Of a stretch of 64,000 nt of DNA, positions 30,571 through 41,048 are shown piece after piece. The notes below the pieces were generated by a model. The model had not been told where the DNA came from and did not search any database. It was given only the letters and a program-made list of their open reading frames with translations. The first letter of the stretch is position 1, and every line of letters starts with the position of its first letter. The position numbers were made by a program, and so were the translations under genes. Origin of the DNA: an uncultured Gemmatimonadales bacterium (lineage in GTDB: Bacteria; Gemmatimonadota; Gemmatimonadetes; Longimicrobiales; RSA9); contig CAWCUS010000006.1 of the NCBI GenBank assembly GCA_963798845.1, positions 192,001-256,000 on the forward strand. Reading direction: 5' to 3'.

Positions 30571-30641
30571 TCACACGGCTCCGACCGTCCCGGCCCTCGG
30601 GCGGCCAGCGCCGTATCCTACGTGACGGTTAGGGAACGAGC

Positions 30642-30670
30642 AAGGTAGACGGGCCCTCCGGGGGTGTCAA
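30642..30670 (-). promoter_or_regulatory. Sigma-70-type promoter for exbB/tolQ
   Basis: - strand TTGACA-17 nt-TACCTT, overlapping the oppF stop codon. Confidence 0.7.
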
Positions 30671-31734
30671 GACGCTGCTCCTCCCCTCCCGGGCACTGCC
30701 TTGTCCCGCTCATACGACGGCTCCTTTATGCACGCCGCGTAATGCTCCGGCGCCTTCTCCGCCAGCGGCGGCCTGATGCGCCCGCACTCTTCATCCTTCA
30801 AAGGATGCGGGCAGCGCGGGTGGAAGGGGCAACCGGAGGGCGGGTCGATCGGGCTGGGGACGTCGCCCGGAAGGACGATCCGATGCCGCTTCCGCCCCGG
30901 CTCGGGCACGGGCACCGCCGACAGCAGCGCCCGCGTGTACGGGTGCCGGGGCTCCGAGGTCAGCGCGGCGGCGCGCGCCACCTCCACGATCCGGCCCAGG
31001 TACATCACCGCGATCCGATCGCTCACGTGCTCCACGACGCTGAGATCGTGGGCAATGAACAGGAACGAGAGTCCGAGGCGGCGCTGGAGGTCCTCCAGCA
31101 GGTTCAGCACCTGAGCCTGCACCGATACATCGAGCGCGGACACCGGCTCGTCGCAGACGATGAAGTCCGGCTCCACGCTCAGCGCCCGCGCGATCCCCAC
31201 CCGCTGCCGCTGTCCGCCGCTGAACTCGTGCGGGTACCGGCCGGCGAACGACGCTCGCAGTCCCACGAGCTCGAGCAGCTCCTGCACCCGCCGGTCCGCC
31301 GCCTCGCCGCGCGCCAGCCGGTGCACCTTCAGCACCTCTCGGATCGCGGCGCCCACCGTGAGCCGCGGGTTCAGCGAGGCGAACGGGTCCTGGAAGATGA
31401 TCTGGGCCTCGCGACGCAGCCCGCGCAGCTCGTCCTGATCCATGGCCCGCACGTCCCGCCCCCGGAACCGGACCTCTCCGGCCGTGGGCTCCAGCAGACG
31501 CAGGATCGCCCGACCGGTCGTGGATTTCCCCGATCCGGACTCCCCCACCAGGCCGAGCGTCTCCCCCTCACCGACCCAGAACGTCACGCCATCGACAGCC
31601 TTGACCTGCGCGCCCACGCGGGAAAGGAATCCGCTCCGGATCGGAAAGTGCTTCTTCAACTCCCGGACTTCCACCAGCGCCCCGTCCGGCCGCTCCTCCT
31701 CCAGGCGCCGCCCGCCCAGCCAGCTCTCGCTCAT
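30667..31734 (-). CDS. oppF: Oligopeptide/dipeptide ABC transporter ATP-binding protein (OppF/DppF-like)
   Basis: [34 protein letters not shown]. Confidence 0.93.
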   Translation of the reverse strand: MSESWLGGRRLEEERPDGALVEVRELKKHFPIRSGFLSRVGAQVKAVDGVTFWVGEGETLGLVGESGSGKSTTGRAILRLLEPTAGEVRFRGRDVRAMDQDELRGLRREAQIIFQDPFASLNPRLTVGAAIREVLKVHRLARGEAADRRVQELLELVGLRASFAGRYPHEFSGGQRQRVGIARALSVEPDFIVCDEPVSALDVSVQAQVLNLLEDLQRRLGLSFLFIAHDLSVVEHVSDRIAVMYLGRIVEVARAAALTSEPRHPYTRALLSAVPVPEPGRKRHRIVLPGDVPSPIDPPSGCPFHPRCPHPLKDEECGRIRPPLAEKAPEHYAACIKEPSYERDKAVPGRGGAAS

Positions 31735-32858
31735 GTGCCCCGCTCTCGGGTCCGACGCGGACCCCTGGCCGAGCCGCGCCCCGGCCCGCCCTCCGGCCCG
31801 CCACTCCCGCTGCCGCCCCGCGCTTCCGCGCCGGAACGCGTCGCCGGCGCGGCAGTGAACCCGCCGCCTGCCTGCCGCACCCGGTCCCGCCTCGCCGGCT
31901 CGTCCACCAGCCAGCATCTCGCCTCCTGCCGCTCGGACGAACGCAGGAGAGGCGGGTGCTCGAGGCAGCGGTCCCACGCGTAGGGGCAGCGGTCGCGGAA
32001 GCGGCACCCCGGCGGCCACGCCGTGGGTGTCGGCACGGTCCCTTGAATCATCGCGAGATGGCCGCCGTGGCGGTCGGGGCGGGGGATCGCGGCGAGCAGA
32101 CCTTCGGTGTACGGATGCGCCGGATGCGCGAAAATGTCCGCCACTGGCCCTTTCTCCACCACCTCCCCCGCGTACATCACCACCACGCGGTCGGCCATTT
32201 CCGCCACCACGCCCAGGTCGTGGGTGATGAGCATGACCCCCATGCCCAGCCGCTCCCGCAGCTCCAGCAGCAGCTCGAGGATCTGCGCCTGGATGGTCAC
32301 GTCCAGGGCCGTGGTGGGCTCGTCGGCAATGAGGAGATCGGGCTCGTTGGCGAGCGCCATGGCGATCATCACGCGCTGTCGCATTCCGCCGGACAGCTGG
32401 TGCGGGTACTCGTCCACTCGCCGAGCCGGGACCGGTATGCCCACCAGCTCCAGCAGCTCCACGGACCTCGCCCTGGCCTCCTTGCGACCGAGCCCACGGT
32501 GCAGCCGGAGCGCCTCGCCGATCTGATCCCCGACCGGAAACACCGGATTCAGCGACGTCATCGGCTCCTGGAAGATCATGGCGATGTCGTTCCCACGGAT
32601 CCTGCGCATCTCCTTGTCCGACGCCTCTGTCAGCTCCCGGCCCGCGAACCGCACGCTGCTCCCCTCCTCGATCCGCCCCGGCTCCGGGACCAGCCGCATG
32701 ATGGACAGCGACGTCACGCTCTTGCCGCACCCGCTCTCACCCACGATGCCCAGGATCTCGCCCCGCTCCACGTCGAATGACACCCCGTCGACGGCGCGGG
32801 CGAGGCCGTCGCCGGTGTGGAAGTAGGTCCTCAGCTCCCGGACTTCGAGCAGCGCCAT
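31731..32858 (-). CDS. oppD: Oligopeptide/dipeptide ABC transporter ATP-binding protein (OppD/DppD-like)
   Basis: [48 protein letters not shown]. Confidence 0.93.
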   Translation of the reverse strand: MALLEVRELRTYFHTGDGLARAVDGVSFDVERGEILGIVGESGCGKSVTSLSIMRLVPEPGRIEEGSSVRFAGRELTEASDKEMRRIRGNDIAMIFQEPMTSLNPVFPVGDQIGEALRLHRGLGRKEARARSVELLELVGIPVPARRVDEYPHQLSGGMRQRVMIAMALANEPDLLIADEPTTALDVTIQAQILELLLELRERLGMGVMLITHDLGVVAEMADRVVVMYAGEVVEKGPVADIFAHPAHPYTEGLLAAIPRPDRHGGHLAMIQGTVPTPTAWPPGCRFRDRCPYAWDRCLEHPPLLRSSERQEARCWLVDEPARRDRVRQAGGGFTAAPATRSGAEARGGSGSGGPEGGPGRGSARGPRRTRERGT

Positions 32859-34246
32859 CAGGACCTCAGCCGCGGATCGAGCGCGTCGCGCAGACCGTCG
32901 CCCACCAGGTTGAACGCCAGCACGGTGAGAACGACGGCAAGCCCGGGAAACGTGGCCACCCACCAGGCGCCAATGAGGTTCTGCCGCCCGTCGGCGACGA
33001 GCGTGCCCCAGCTGGGCGTGGGCGGCTGCACGCCCATGCCAAGGAAGCTGAGTCCCGCTTCCAGCACGATCGTGTTCCCGATTCCGAGGGTGGCGGCGAC
33101 GATGACCGGCGCGAGAACGTTCGGGATCAGGTGTCGCAGGATGATCCTGGCCCGGCCGAAGCCCAGCGCCCTCGCGGCCTGGATGTACTCCTGCTCCCGC
33201 AGGCTGAGCACTTCCCCGCGCACGAGCCGGGCGGTCCCCGGCCACTGGGTCAGCCCCAGCACGAGGATGATCAGGAACAGGCTCGGCTTGAACAGCGCGA
33301 TGATCATGATGAGCAGCACGAGCCGCGGGAATGCCATCACCATGTCGGTGAAGCGCATGATCACGGCCTCCACTTTGCCACCCAGGTATCCGGCGATGGC
33401 GCCCAGCAGCGATCCCAGCACGATGGCGATGGCCACGGCGATGAACCCTACCGCCAGGGAGATCCGGGCACCGTAGATGATCCGGCTCAGGATGTCGCGG
33501 CCGAACTGGTCCGTCCCCAGCAGGTGGGCGCCGCCGGGAGGCAGATAGCTGGTCGTCGCCAGGTTCCCCTGCGCCAGCGGGTCGTACGGCGCGATGAGCG
33601 GCGCCAGGAACGCCACCAGGTAGAGGACCACCACGATCACGAGCCCCGCCAGCGCGAGTCGGTTCCGACGGAAGTGGCGCGCGGCGATGGCCCATTGCGA
33701 TGCCCCGGCGGCGGCGCCCGTCGGGCCGCCGGCCGCGGCCGCGCCGGCCGCGCCGCCGGCGTCCGCGGCGTCGGCGGCGGCCCGGGCCCGTGCGTCGGCG
33801 GCCGCGGCCCGGCGCAGGTCGCGCATGGCACCGAGCCAGACAGCCAGGAGGCAGACCAGCAGCGTGGCCAGGGCGACCCAGTCGTCCAGCGAGCCGGTGG
33901 CGGGGGTGGAGACCAGCGCGCCCCGCCCGAGCCACGTCACCGCCAGGAGCACGCCCCAGGCGATGAGGTACGACAGCCCGCGTACCGCCGAGCCGATCAC
34001 GACGTGCCCCGCGCCCGGAAGCACCGTGGAAAGGACGACGGCGGCTGTGGAGGCTCCGCTCGTCGGCGCTCGCGCCGCCAGCGCCGCCGCATCGGCGGTG
34101 CGCATCCCCCCCGCAAGGTCATCCACGGGCTCCGGGAGCCCGCTCTCCGGGTCGGCCGGCTGCCCGGACGCGTGCTCCGGGGCGGGGCCGTCCGCGGGCT
34201 CGCGGTCCGCCCGCCCCGCGCCGGGGTTCCGCCGCTCGTCAGTCAT
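32858..34246 (-). CDS. oppC: Oligopeptide ABC permease (OppC/DppC-like) with long N-terminal membrane extension
   Basis: [50 protein letters not shown]. Confidence 0.92.
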   Translation of the reverse strand: MTDERRNPGAGRADREPADGPAPEHASGQPADPESGLPEPVDDLAGGMRTADAAALAARAPTSGASTAAVVLSTVLPGAGHVVIGSAVRGLSYLIAWGVLLAVTWLGRGALVSTPATGSLDDWVALATLLVCLLAVWLGAMRDLRRAAAADARARAAADAADAGGAAGAAAAGGPTGAAAGASQWAIAARHFRRNRLALAGLVIVVVLYLVAFLAPLIAPYDPLAQGNLATTSYLPPGGAHLLGTDQFGRDILSRIIYGARISLAVGFIAVAIAIVLGSLLGAIAGYLGGKVEAVIMRFTDMVMAFPRLVLLIMIIALFKPSLFLIILVLGLTQWPGTARLVRGEVLSLREQEYIQAARALGFGRARIILRHLIPNVLAPVIVAATLGIGNTIVLEAGLSFLGMGVQPPTPSWGTLVADGRQNLIGAWWVATFPGLAVVLTVLAFNLVGDGLRDALDPRLRS

Positions 34247-35222
34247 AGCGGATCCGGGGATCGGCGGCGGCGTAGAGGATGTCGGCCACGAGCGAGCCGA
34301 GCACGACCACGAGGGCGAAGATGAAGCTGGTGGCCATGACCAGGGGGTAGTCGCGCTGGAAGATGGCGTCCACGATCACGCGCCCCATCCCGGGCCACGA
34401 GAAGATCACTTCCACGAACACGCTGCCGCTGAAGAGCAGCGGCAGGTACAGCCCGAGAAGCGTGATGACCGGGAGCAGCGAGTTCCGGAGCGCGTGCTTG
34501 AACGTCACGATCCGCTCCGGCAGACCCTTCGCGCGCGCGGTCCGGATGTAGTCCTGGCGGATCACCTCGAGCATCTGACCGCGCGTGTAGCGGGCGATCC
34601 CGGCCGCCATGACCAGCGACAGCGTGAGCACGGGGAGGATGAGGTGGACGAGCCGGTCGCCGATCTTTCCCCACACGCCCAGATAGTCATAGTCGACGCT
34701 GGTCATCCCGGTAGGCGGGAGCGCGATCGGCAGCCCCCACTCGTGCGCCTTGAGCGAGAGCAGGAGCATGAGCATGAGCCCCAGCCAGAACGACGGCATC
34801 GAGTAGAAGAAGAGCGATGTGACGCTGAGCACCCGGTCCGCGGCCCTGTGCTGCCGCACCGCCTGCCACACCCCCGTGGTCACGCCCAGGCCGAAGATCA
34901 GCACCAGCGTGCAGCCGGCCAGGATCAGGGTGGCCGGAAGCGTCTCGAGGATGATGTCGAGGACGGGTCGGCTGTGGGCGAAGGAGTAGCCGAAGTCGCC
35001 CGTGAAGAACGACGCCAGCCACTTCCAGTACCGGATCAGCAGCGGCTGGTCGAGACCGAAGTTCCGCCGGATCTGCTCGATCACCTCCGGCGGTACGTTC
35101 TGGTTGAAGTAGATGGCCGTGGGGTCGCCCGGCGCCAGGTTCACCACGAAGAAGATGATGGTGGCGATGCCCAGCACGAGGGGGATCGCGCCAAGCAGGC
35201 GGCGGGCGACGTAGCGAGCCAT
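34239..35222 (-). CDS. oppB: Oligopeptide ABC permease (OppB/DppB-like)
   Basis: YVARRLL, LAPGDP, GDFGYS, QDYIRTARAKGL, HALRNSLLP, ADPRIR. Confidence 0.94.
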   Translation of the reverse strand: MARYVARRLLGAIPLVLGIATIIFFVVNLAPGDPTAIYFNQNVPPEVIEQIRRNFGLDQPLLIRYWKWLASFFTGDFGYSFAHSRPVLDIILETLPATLILAGCTLVLIFGLGVTTGVWQAVRQHRAADRVLSVTSLFFYSMPSFWLGLMLMLLLSLKAHEWGLPIALPPTGMTSVDYDYLGVWGKIGDRLVHLILPVLTLSLVMAAGIARYTRGQMLEVIRQDYIRTARAKGLPERIVTFKHALRNSLLPVITLLGLYLPLLFSGSVFVEVIFSWPGMGRVIVDAIFQRDYPLVMATSFIFALVVVLGSLVADILYAAADPRIRYD

Positions 35223-35239
35223 GCTCGCTCAGCCCGCGC

Positions 35240-36856
35240 TCACTGCACGGCCCACTTCGCCATGCTCTGGAACTCGCCCCGCTGGTCCATGACCACCCCG
35301 GTCATCTGGTCGGTGGTGCCCGACAGCTCGTCGAGCCAGAACATGAAGGTGAACGGCTGCTGCTCCTGTAGCACCCGGGTGAACGCGGCCCAGATCTCCT
35401 TTGCCTTCGCATCGTCCGTGGCCGCGGCTCCCGCCTCGATCAGGCTGTCCAGCCGCGCGTTCCGCACGCCGCTCCGGTTCGCGCTGCCGGGCACGTCCGC
35501 CTGGCTCGAATGGAAGAGCGAATACGGCGCGGACGCCATCTGGAAGTTGTCCAGCACCCAGTTGCTCAGCACCGCATCGAAATCGCGGCTCTTGTGCTGC
35601 GCCAGCATGGTCTGGAACTCCAGCACCTGCGGCACCACGTCCGCTCCGACTTGCTTGAGCTGGTTCTGCACCACCTCCACGATCGCGCGGTTCAGCGGTC
35701 GCTCGCTCGTGAGCAGCTGGAATTGGAGCGGCTTCCCGGCCGCGTTCTCCCGCACGCCGTCGCCGTTCCGGTCCACCCACCCGGCCTGCTCCAGCAGCTG
35801 TTTCGCCTGCCCCGGGTCGTACGGGAGCGGGTCGATCCCGGGGTTGTAGCGGTGCCACGGCGGGATGGTGCTCGTCGCAGGGTTGCCGAACCCGTGCAGC
35901 AGGGCGTCGATGATCTCCTGCCGGTTGATCGCCAGCGTCATGGCCCTGCGTACCCCGGCGTCGTCGAACGGCGGCCGCTGGTTGTTCCAGCCGATATAGA
36001 ACACGGTGTTCCCCGGAAACGACTGGAGCGTGGTGCTCCCCGTGTTCTGGATCCGCTCCACCTGGTCCGGCTGGACCGGGATGTCGACCTGGATGCCGCC
36101 CGTGATCAGCTCGGTGAGGAGCGTGGCCGGCTCCGGGATCACCCGGAACACGATCCGCTCCGCCGCGGGCGGCCCGCCCAGCGCCTGCGGGAACGAGTCG
36201 TTCCGCTCGATCATCAGCCTGTCGTTGGCCCGCCACTCCCCGAAGCGGAACGGCCCGCTCCCGACCGGGTGGCGGTTGAAGTCGGAGTTCTTGAGTGCCG
36301 CCGGCGACGTTCCCTCCAGCAGGTGCTTCGGCACGGGCGCCCACCAGAAGTCCTCCACCGCCTGCGCGTGCGGCCTCGAGAAGGTGAACCGGATGGTGGT
36401 GGGGTCGATCACCTCGGCCGACTTCACGGAGGCGAGATACGCGGACCCGATGAGAGAGCCCGTTTCCGGGGTCTTGGCCAGGTCGAACGTGAACTTCACG
36501 TCCTCCGCCGTCACCGGCTCGCCATCGTGCCAGCGCACGTCGTCGCGCAGCTTGAAGACGATGGCCGTGTCTCCCTCCATCTCCCACGAAGACGCCAGGT
36601 AAGGTCTGGGCTTCAGCTCGGGGTCGTACTGGATCAGCGGCGTGAACAGGCCGTACTTGAGGATCTGGTCCGTGTCGATGCTCGTGTTCGTGACCGGGTT
36701 CAGTCCGCTGAAGTCGCTGCTTACCCCCACCGCCAGCGTCCCCCCGCCACCGCTCCCATCTCCGCCGCACGACGCGAGCGCGCCGACCGCGATCAGCCCC
36801 GCGGCGACGATCCGACCGCGGCGCAGCGCGCCCCCCCTTGTTCGGCCTCCTGCCAT
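35240..36856 (-). CDS. oppA: ABC transporter family-5 substrate-binding lipoprotein (OppA/DppA-like)
   Basis: Lipobox LASC, LRDDVRWHDGEPVTAEDVKFT, PVGSGPF, VRRAMTLAINR. Confidence 0.93.
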   Translation of the reverse strand: MAGGRTRGGALRRGRIVAAGLIAVGALASCGGDGSGGGGTLAVGVSSDFSGLNPVTNTSIDTDQILKYGLFTPLIQYDPELKPRPYLASSWEMEGDTAIVFKLRDDVRWHDGEPVTAEDVKFTFDLAKTPETGSLIGSAYLASVKSAEVIDPTTIRFTFSRPHAQAVEDFWWAPVPKHLLEGTSPAALKNSDFNRHPVGSGPFRFGEWRANDRLMIERNDSFPQALGGPPAAERIVFRVIPEPATLLTELITGGIQVDIPVQPDQVERIQNTGSTTLQSFPGNTVFYIGWNNQRPPFDDAGVRRAMTLAINRQEIIDALLHGFGNPATSTIPPWHRYNPGIDPLPYDPGQAKQLLEQAGWVDRNGDGVRENAAGKPLQFQLLTSERPLNRAIVEVVQNQLKQVGADVVPQVLEFQTMLAQHKSRDFDAVLSNWVLDNFQMASAPYSLFHSSQADVPGSANRSGVRNARLDSLIEAGAAATDDAKAKEIWAAFTRVLQEQQPFTFMFWLDELSGTTDQMTGVVMDQRGEFQSMAKWAVQ

Positions 36857-36883
36857 CCGTCCCTCCGGCTGATCGGCCCGAGA

Positions 36884-37912
36884 TCACCGCCGCCAGGTCC
36901 ATGCGCCGGACGCGAACCGCGCCTCCAGGCGGCGGGCCCTCTCCTGCTCTCCGACGGCCAGCCGCTCGGGGGCAAGAGTAATGCCGAGCACCTCCTCGAA
37001 TCCGGCCACCACGGCAGCAGCCAGCGCCTCCCAGCCGGGGCGTTGCCCCAGCTCCGCCGACACCGTGGTCCAGCCGGGATTCCCCCCCGCCGCCAGCACC
37101 GCCCCCCATCCCCCGGCCCCCGGCCGCAGCTCGTCGGAGCCGGCGCCCGCCCGGATGGCCGCGGGGCCGCGCAGCAGCTCCTCGGCCGCCAACTGGCTCC
37201 CCCCCACCAGGATGCTGCCATGCTGCAGGATGGTCCGATTCTCGGTCCGCTGGGCACTGCCCACGACCTTCTGCCCGCGCGCGACGACCTCGCCCGCCGC
37301 CGGGCTCCGGAAGCAGGCCGATGCCCAGTCGTGGCCGCCCGCCACCGCCCCGCGAGCCGCCCCCGGAGCGCCCTCTCCCGCCGCCGGCTCACCCGGACCG
37401 GGCGTGTTCGGCGCCAGCGACGCCTCGAGGCCGAGTCGCCGGAGCGCCGCTACCAGCGCCGCATTGATCCGCCGGTATGCCGCCCTCGGCTTCCCGACCT
37501 CCGCGACGGGCGCCACCACGGCGTAGGTCAGCTCGTCGTCGTGCAGGACGGCCTGGCCGCCGGTCGGTCGGCGCACGAACGCGATCCCCCTCGCCTCCGC
37601 TTCCTCCACATCGTACAGCCCGGCCGCCGGCTGGTTGCGGCCGAAGGAAAGCGTCGCCGTGTCCCAGCGGTAGAGCCGGAGCACCGGCGGTGCCCCGGCG
37701 CCCACGGCCTCCAGCAATGCCGCGTCCAGCGCCATGTTCTCGGGGCCGGTGCCGCGCAATGGGCCGCCGTCGCCCCGTTGCGTCTCGGCCGGCCCGGGCA
37801 CGTACCGCCACCCCCGGCTCGACGCGGAAGGTCCCCTCGCGCGCTCGCTGCGGTCGTCCCGCTCCCGCTTCGCCGCGTGCAGCTCCCCCACCGCTCCTCC
37901 CCCTCGACTCAC
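36884..37912 (-). CDS. Lipoate-protein ligase / octanoyltransferase (LipM-like)
   Basis: NMALDAALL, LRLYRW, VRRPTGGQAVLHD.ELTY, CF, KVVGSAQ, LQHGSI; start uncertain. Confidence 0.9.
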   Translation of the reverse strand: MSRGGGAVGELHAAKRERDDRSERARGPSASSRGWRYVPGPAETQRGDGGPLRGTGPENMALDAALLEAVGAGAPPVLRLYRWDTATLSFGRNQPAAGLYDVEEAEARGIAFVRRPTGGQAVLHDDELTYAVVAPVAEVGKPRAAYRRINAALVAALRRLGLEASLAPNTPGPGEPAAGEGAPGAARGAVAGGHDWASACFRSPAAGEVVARGQKVVGSAQRTENRTILQHGSILVGGSQLAAEELLRGPAAIRAGAGSDELRPGAGGWGAVLAAGGNPGWTTVSAELGQRPGWEALAAAVVAGFEEVLGITLAPERLAVGEQERARRLEARFASGAWTWRR

Positions 37913-38080
37913 GGTCTCGCGGCCGGAGCACCACGCCCCGGCACGTGGCCGGAAGCTAAAGGTGCCGGAGCCCTTCGGCTATCGGCGGCTCGCCTCATGC
38001 AGGCCGCGAAGGCCCACCATTTCGGGCGGCTCGCGTCCCTCTGCGCTTAGGACGCGGTGATGGTCGCGTGACGTTCGGCC

Positions 38081-38473
38081 CTATGCCTGAGCCAGCTCGG
38101 CTCCGTGTTCGATCAGCAGCTCCCGCAGCACGGAGCGGTGACAGTGGTCCTCGTCCTCGCAGTAGCACCCCACCGAGAAGTCGGCAGCGTGCGACAGAGC
38201 GGCGAGCAGCTCGAGATCGTGTCGCGGCTCCGGTCCCTTCATCTCCGACCGGTACTTCCGTTTGAACGCGTTCCACTGCGCCGGCGTCTCCGCCGCCTGT
38301 CCCATCTTCACCGTCTCGGCGCCGGGCGCCAGGTTCGGGAACCAGACGTCGTACCAGTCCTGCGCTGCGAACTGGTCTTTCGGCACACCCCTGGGCGGAC
38401 GACGAACCGTCCCGATCCGCACACCCTCGCCTGGCGTCCGCGGCGTTCCCAGCCGCACCACTCGTATGCTCAT
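38081..38473 (-). CDS. DUF488 (YeaO-like) family protein
   Basis: RIGTVRRPPRGVPK, WFPNLAP, YRSEM, GCYCEDEDHCHRSVLRELL; GAGGAG RBS. Confidence 0.85.
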   Translation of the reverse strand: MSIRVVRLGTPRTPGEGVRIGTVRRPPRGVPKDQFAAQDWYDVWFPNLAPGAETVKMGQAAETPAQWNAFKRKYRSEMKGPEPRHDLELLAALSHAADFSVGCYCEDEDHCHRSVLRELLIEHGAELAQA

Positions 38474-38572
38474 GGACACTCCTCATGCCGGGAGTTCAAA
38501 CCGGAACCCGACCACTGACCCCCTGAACGGCAACGGCCAACCGTCACCCCATGCCCGCCCGAACCGGCTCGC

Positions 38573-39127
38573 TCACTTCAGCCCCAGCTGCCGACCGGCG
38601 GCGAGCCGCGCCACGGCCTCCTTCAGCCGCTTCTCCCGTGTCGCAGTCCGCTTCGCGGCATCGATCCAGCCGACGTACGCCCTGCGGTACGATGGCGCCA
38701 GCTCCTCGAAGAAGGCCCATGCCCGCGCATCCGCCCGCAGCGCCTGCTCGATGTAGGCGGGGACCGCCGACAGGGACACGCGCGGAGCGTCGCCGCTGCG
38801 GGCCGTGGGGGACCGGGCGAGGCCCGCCTCCGTGAGGAGCCCGGCCGCGGCCATCCGCTCGAAGCGTCTGCGGTTGCTGGTGGACCAGGCGCTGTCGGAC
38901 TTCCGGGGTGTGAACCTGCGGGCGTATCGGTCATCGTCAATGCGGCGGACCAGGCTGTCGACCCAGCCGAAGCAGACCGCTTCCTCCACTGCTTCCTCGT
39001 AGCCGATCCCGAGGACTCCGGTGTGGACCTTGTGGAAGACGAGCCAGACCTCCGTCTCCGCATCGTGACGCTGCGCCAGCCAGGCCCGCCATTCCTGCCG
39101 GCTCCGCACATCCAGTGTACGGTCCAT
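38573..39127 (-). CDS. YdeI/OmpD-associated family protein
   Basis: EWRAWL..H, EVWL, EAVCFGWVDS, RFTPRK..SAWS..N, LAPSYRR.Y..WI..AKR.ATR.KR. Confidence 0.88.
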   Translation of the reverse strand: MDRTLDVRSRQEWRAWLAQRHDAETEVWLVFHKVHTGVLGIGYEEAVEEAVCFGWVDSLVRRIDDDRYARRFTPRKSDSAWSTSNRRRFERMAAAGLLTEAGLARSPTARSGDAPRVSLSAVPAYIEQALRADARAWAFFEELAPSYRRAYVGWIDAAKRTATREKRLKEAVARLAAGRQLGLK

Positions 39128-39221
39128 GTGATCACCCCGAGATGAGGTCACGAGCGCCGCAAGGCCGCCGCTCCTGCCGACCCGCCGCCACGGAGGCGGG
39201 GGTCGGGTCCACCGCTCCGAC

Positions 39222-40847
39222 TCAGATTCCGCCAGCCGCCACGGCCGCGGCGATCGCGGGGGCGACCACGGGCAGCTCGACCGTGAACGTCGTCTTCCCG
39301 GGCTGCGAGGCAACCGTGATCTCGCCCGCGTGCTTCTGCGTCACAATGTTGTGGCTGACGTTCAGGCCCAACCCGGTGCCCTGCCCCGGCGGCTTCGTCG
39401 TGAAGAACGGGTCGAACACCGACGCCTGGATCTCCGGCGGGATCCCGTGTCCGTCGTCCTCGATCTCCACGATGACCCGCGAGTCCCTCGCGTACGTACG
39501 GATCGTGATCTCCCCCGTCCCGCCCGTGGCGTCCACAGCGTTGTCGATGAGGTTCGTCCAGACCTGGTTCAGCTCGCTGCCGTGCGCTTCGATCTTCGGC
39601 AGTCCCGGCGCGAACTCCCGGCGTACGTGGACGCCGCCCTTCAGGCGGCTCCTCAGCATCACCAGCGTGGTTTCCAGCCCTTCGTGCACATCCACCGCCT
39701 GCACCGGGGCGCGATCCATGTAGGTATAGTCCTTCAGCGACTTCACGATCTCCGAGACCCGCGCCGCCCCTTCACCGATCTCCGCCACGAGCTTCCAGGC
39801 CGCGTGCACGTTGCACTCGAGCGTCAGCACCAGACGCAGACACGATGGGGGGAACGCCCGGGCCAGGTCGGACAGCCGGTCGCGGTCGTAGCCCATCTCG
39901 ACCAGCGACGGCGCCAGGTCCCATGACTCGTCGATTCCGGCCTCCTCCAGCCACGCCTCCATCTCCGCTTCCCTCTGGCCGCGCAGCAGCGCTCCGAGCG
40001 CCGGCGGCGCTACGGCGCAATCGCGAACCTGAGCGGTCTGCTCGGCGAGCAGCTCGAGCTGCTCCGGCGACAGCCCGAGCGGCGCGATGCCGAGCCTCGC
40101 CTCGTCCAGCGCGGCCAGCGTGCTCCCGAGCTGCGAGGCCCCCCGCCGCATGGCCGACGCGGGGTTGTTGAGCTCGTGTGCGACGCCGGCGCTCAGCTTG
40201 CCCAGCGTCGCCAGCTTCCGGGTCTCACGCAGCAGGATTTCCCGCTGCAGCTTCTCGTCGAGCAGCCGGTTGGCCTTGGCCTGTTCCCGGATCGCCGTCT
40301 TCACGTAGTACCTGGCGAAGATGAAGACCACGAGGCTGCCGACCGCCAGGTTCAGGAGCAGGAAGAACGCGCGTGTCGAAGGCGCTACGTCGATGGCTCT
40401 CGCCGCGAAGAAATCCCTGAACAGCACGGTGATGACCACGTTGGCGAGGTACAGCCCGAGCCACGCGCGGGCCCACCGATCGGACAGGAACATGAGCGCG
40501 CACAGCGGTCCGAGCAGCGCCCAGATGAGCACCACGCCCGAGTCGAACAGGCCGCCCACCAGCCATTGGATGAGCGCCGGGATGTAGACGATGCTGACGA
40601 TCTGCGCGTGGATCGCGTAGCGGTGGTCGCGCGTCAGGTGCGAGACGATCAGGCTCGTGCCGACGACCACCACGAAGGCCAGGGGGAGCGCGGCGATCAC
40701 CCCCCATCCGAACACCAGCCAGGATGTCGCCGACCACACGACGCCCGCGGCACAGCACGCCCCTGCCACCAGCAGCACCGCCATCTTCTCCAGGTGGACT
40801 TCGCGGGTGTCCTCGGGGTCGAAGGCAAAAGAGGCTCGGATGCTCAT
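39222..40847 (-). CDS. Membrane-bound sensor histidine kinase (orphan)
   Basis: About 6 N-terminal TM helices; H-box LGKLSAGVAHELNNPAS, N-box ELNQVWTNLIDNA, DDGHGI, FDPFFTTK, GTGLGL. Confidence 0.93.
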   Translation of the reverse strand: MSIRASFAFDPEDTREVHLEKMAVLLVAGACCAAGVVWSATSWLVFGWGVIAALPLAFVVVVGTSLIVSHLTRDHRYAIHAQIVSIVYIPALIQWLVGGLFDSGVVLIWALLGPLCALMFLSDRWARAWLGLYLANVVITVLFRDFFAARAIDVAPSTRAFFLLLNLAVGSLVVFIFARYYVKTAIREQAKANRLLDEKLQREILLRETRKLATLGKLSAGVAHELNNPASAMRRGASQLGSTLAALDEARLGIAPLGLSPEQLELLAEQTAQVRDCAVAPPALGALLRGQREAEMEAWLEEAGIDESWDLAPSLVEMGYDRDRLSDLARAFPPSCLRLVLTLECNVHAAWKLVAEIGEGAARVSEIVKSLKDYTYMDRAPVQAVDVHEGLETTLVMLRSRLKGGVHVRREFAPGLPKIEAHGSELNQVWTNLIDNAVDATGGTGEITIRTYARDSRVIVEIEDDGHGIPPEIQASVFDPFFTTKPPGQGTGLGLNVSHNIVTQKHAGEITVASQPGKTTFTVELPVVAPAIAAAVAAGGI

Positions 40848-41048
40848 GCGGGGGTCCGGGGCGAGGGATGGGTGGAGAGTGTCGGAGGGCGAACGCGGTC
40901 ACGCCCGGCACACCATTCGTCGCCGGGTACCGCCAGCGCAAGGGCCTGGTGCGTCGTGCCCGCCAGGGCCGCCTGCTGCTCGCGCCTCCCGCGACGCGTC
41001 GGGGCCGGACCCACCCCGGGCCCGGCCCCGACCCCGCCATCGCCGCTC

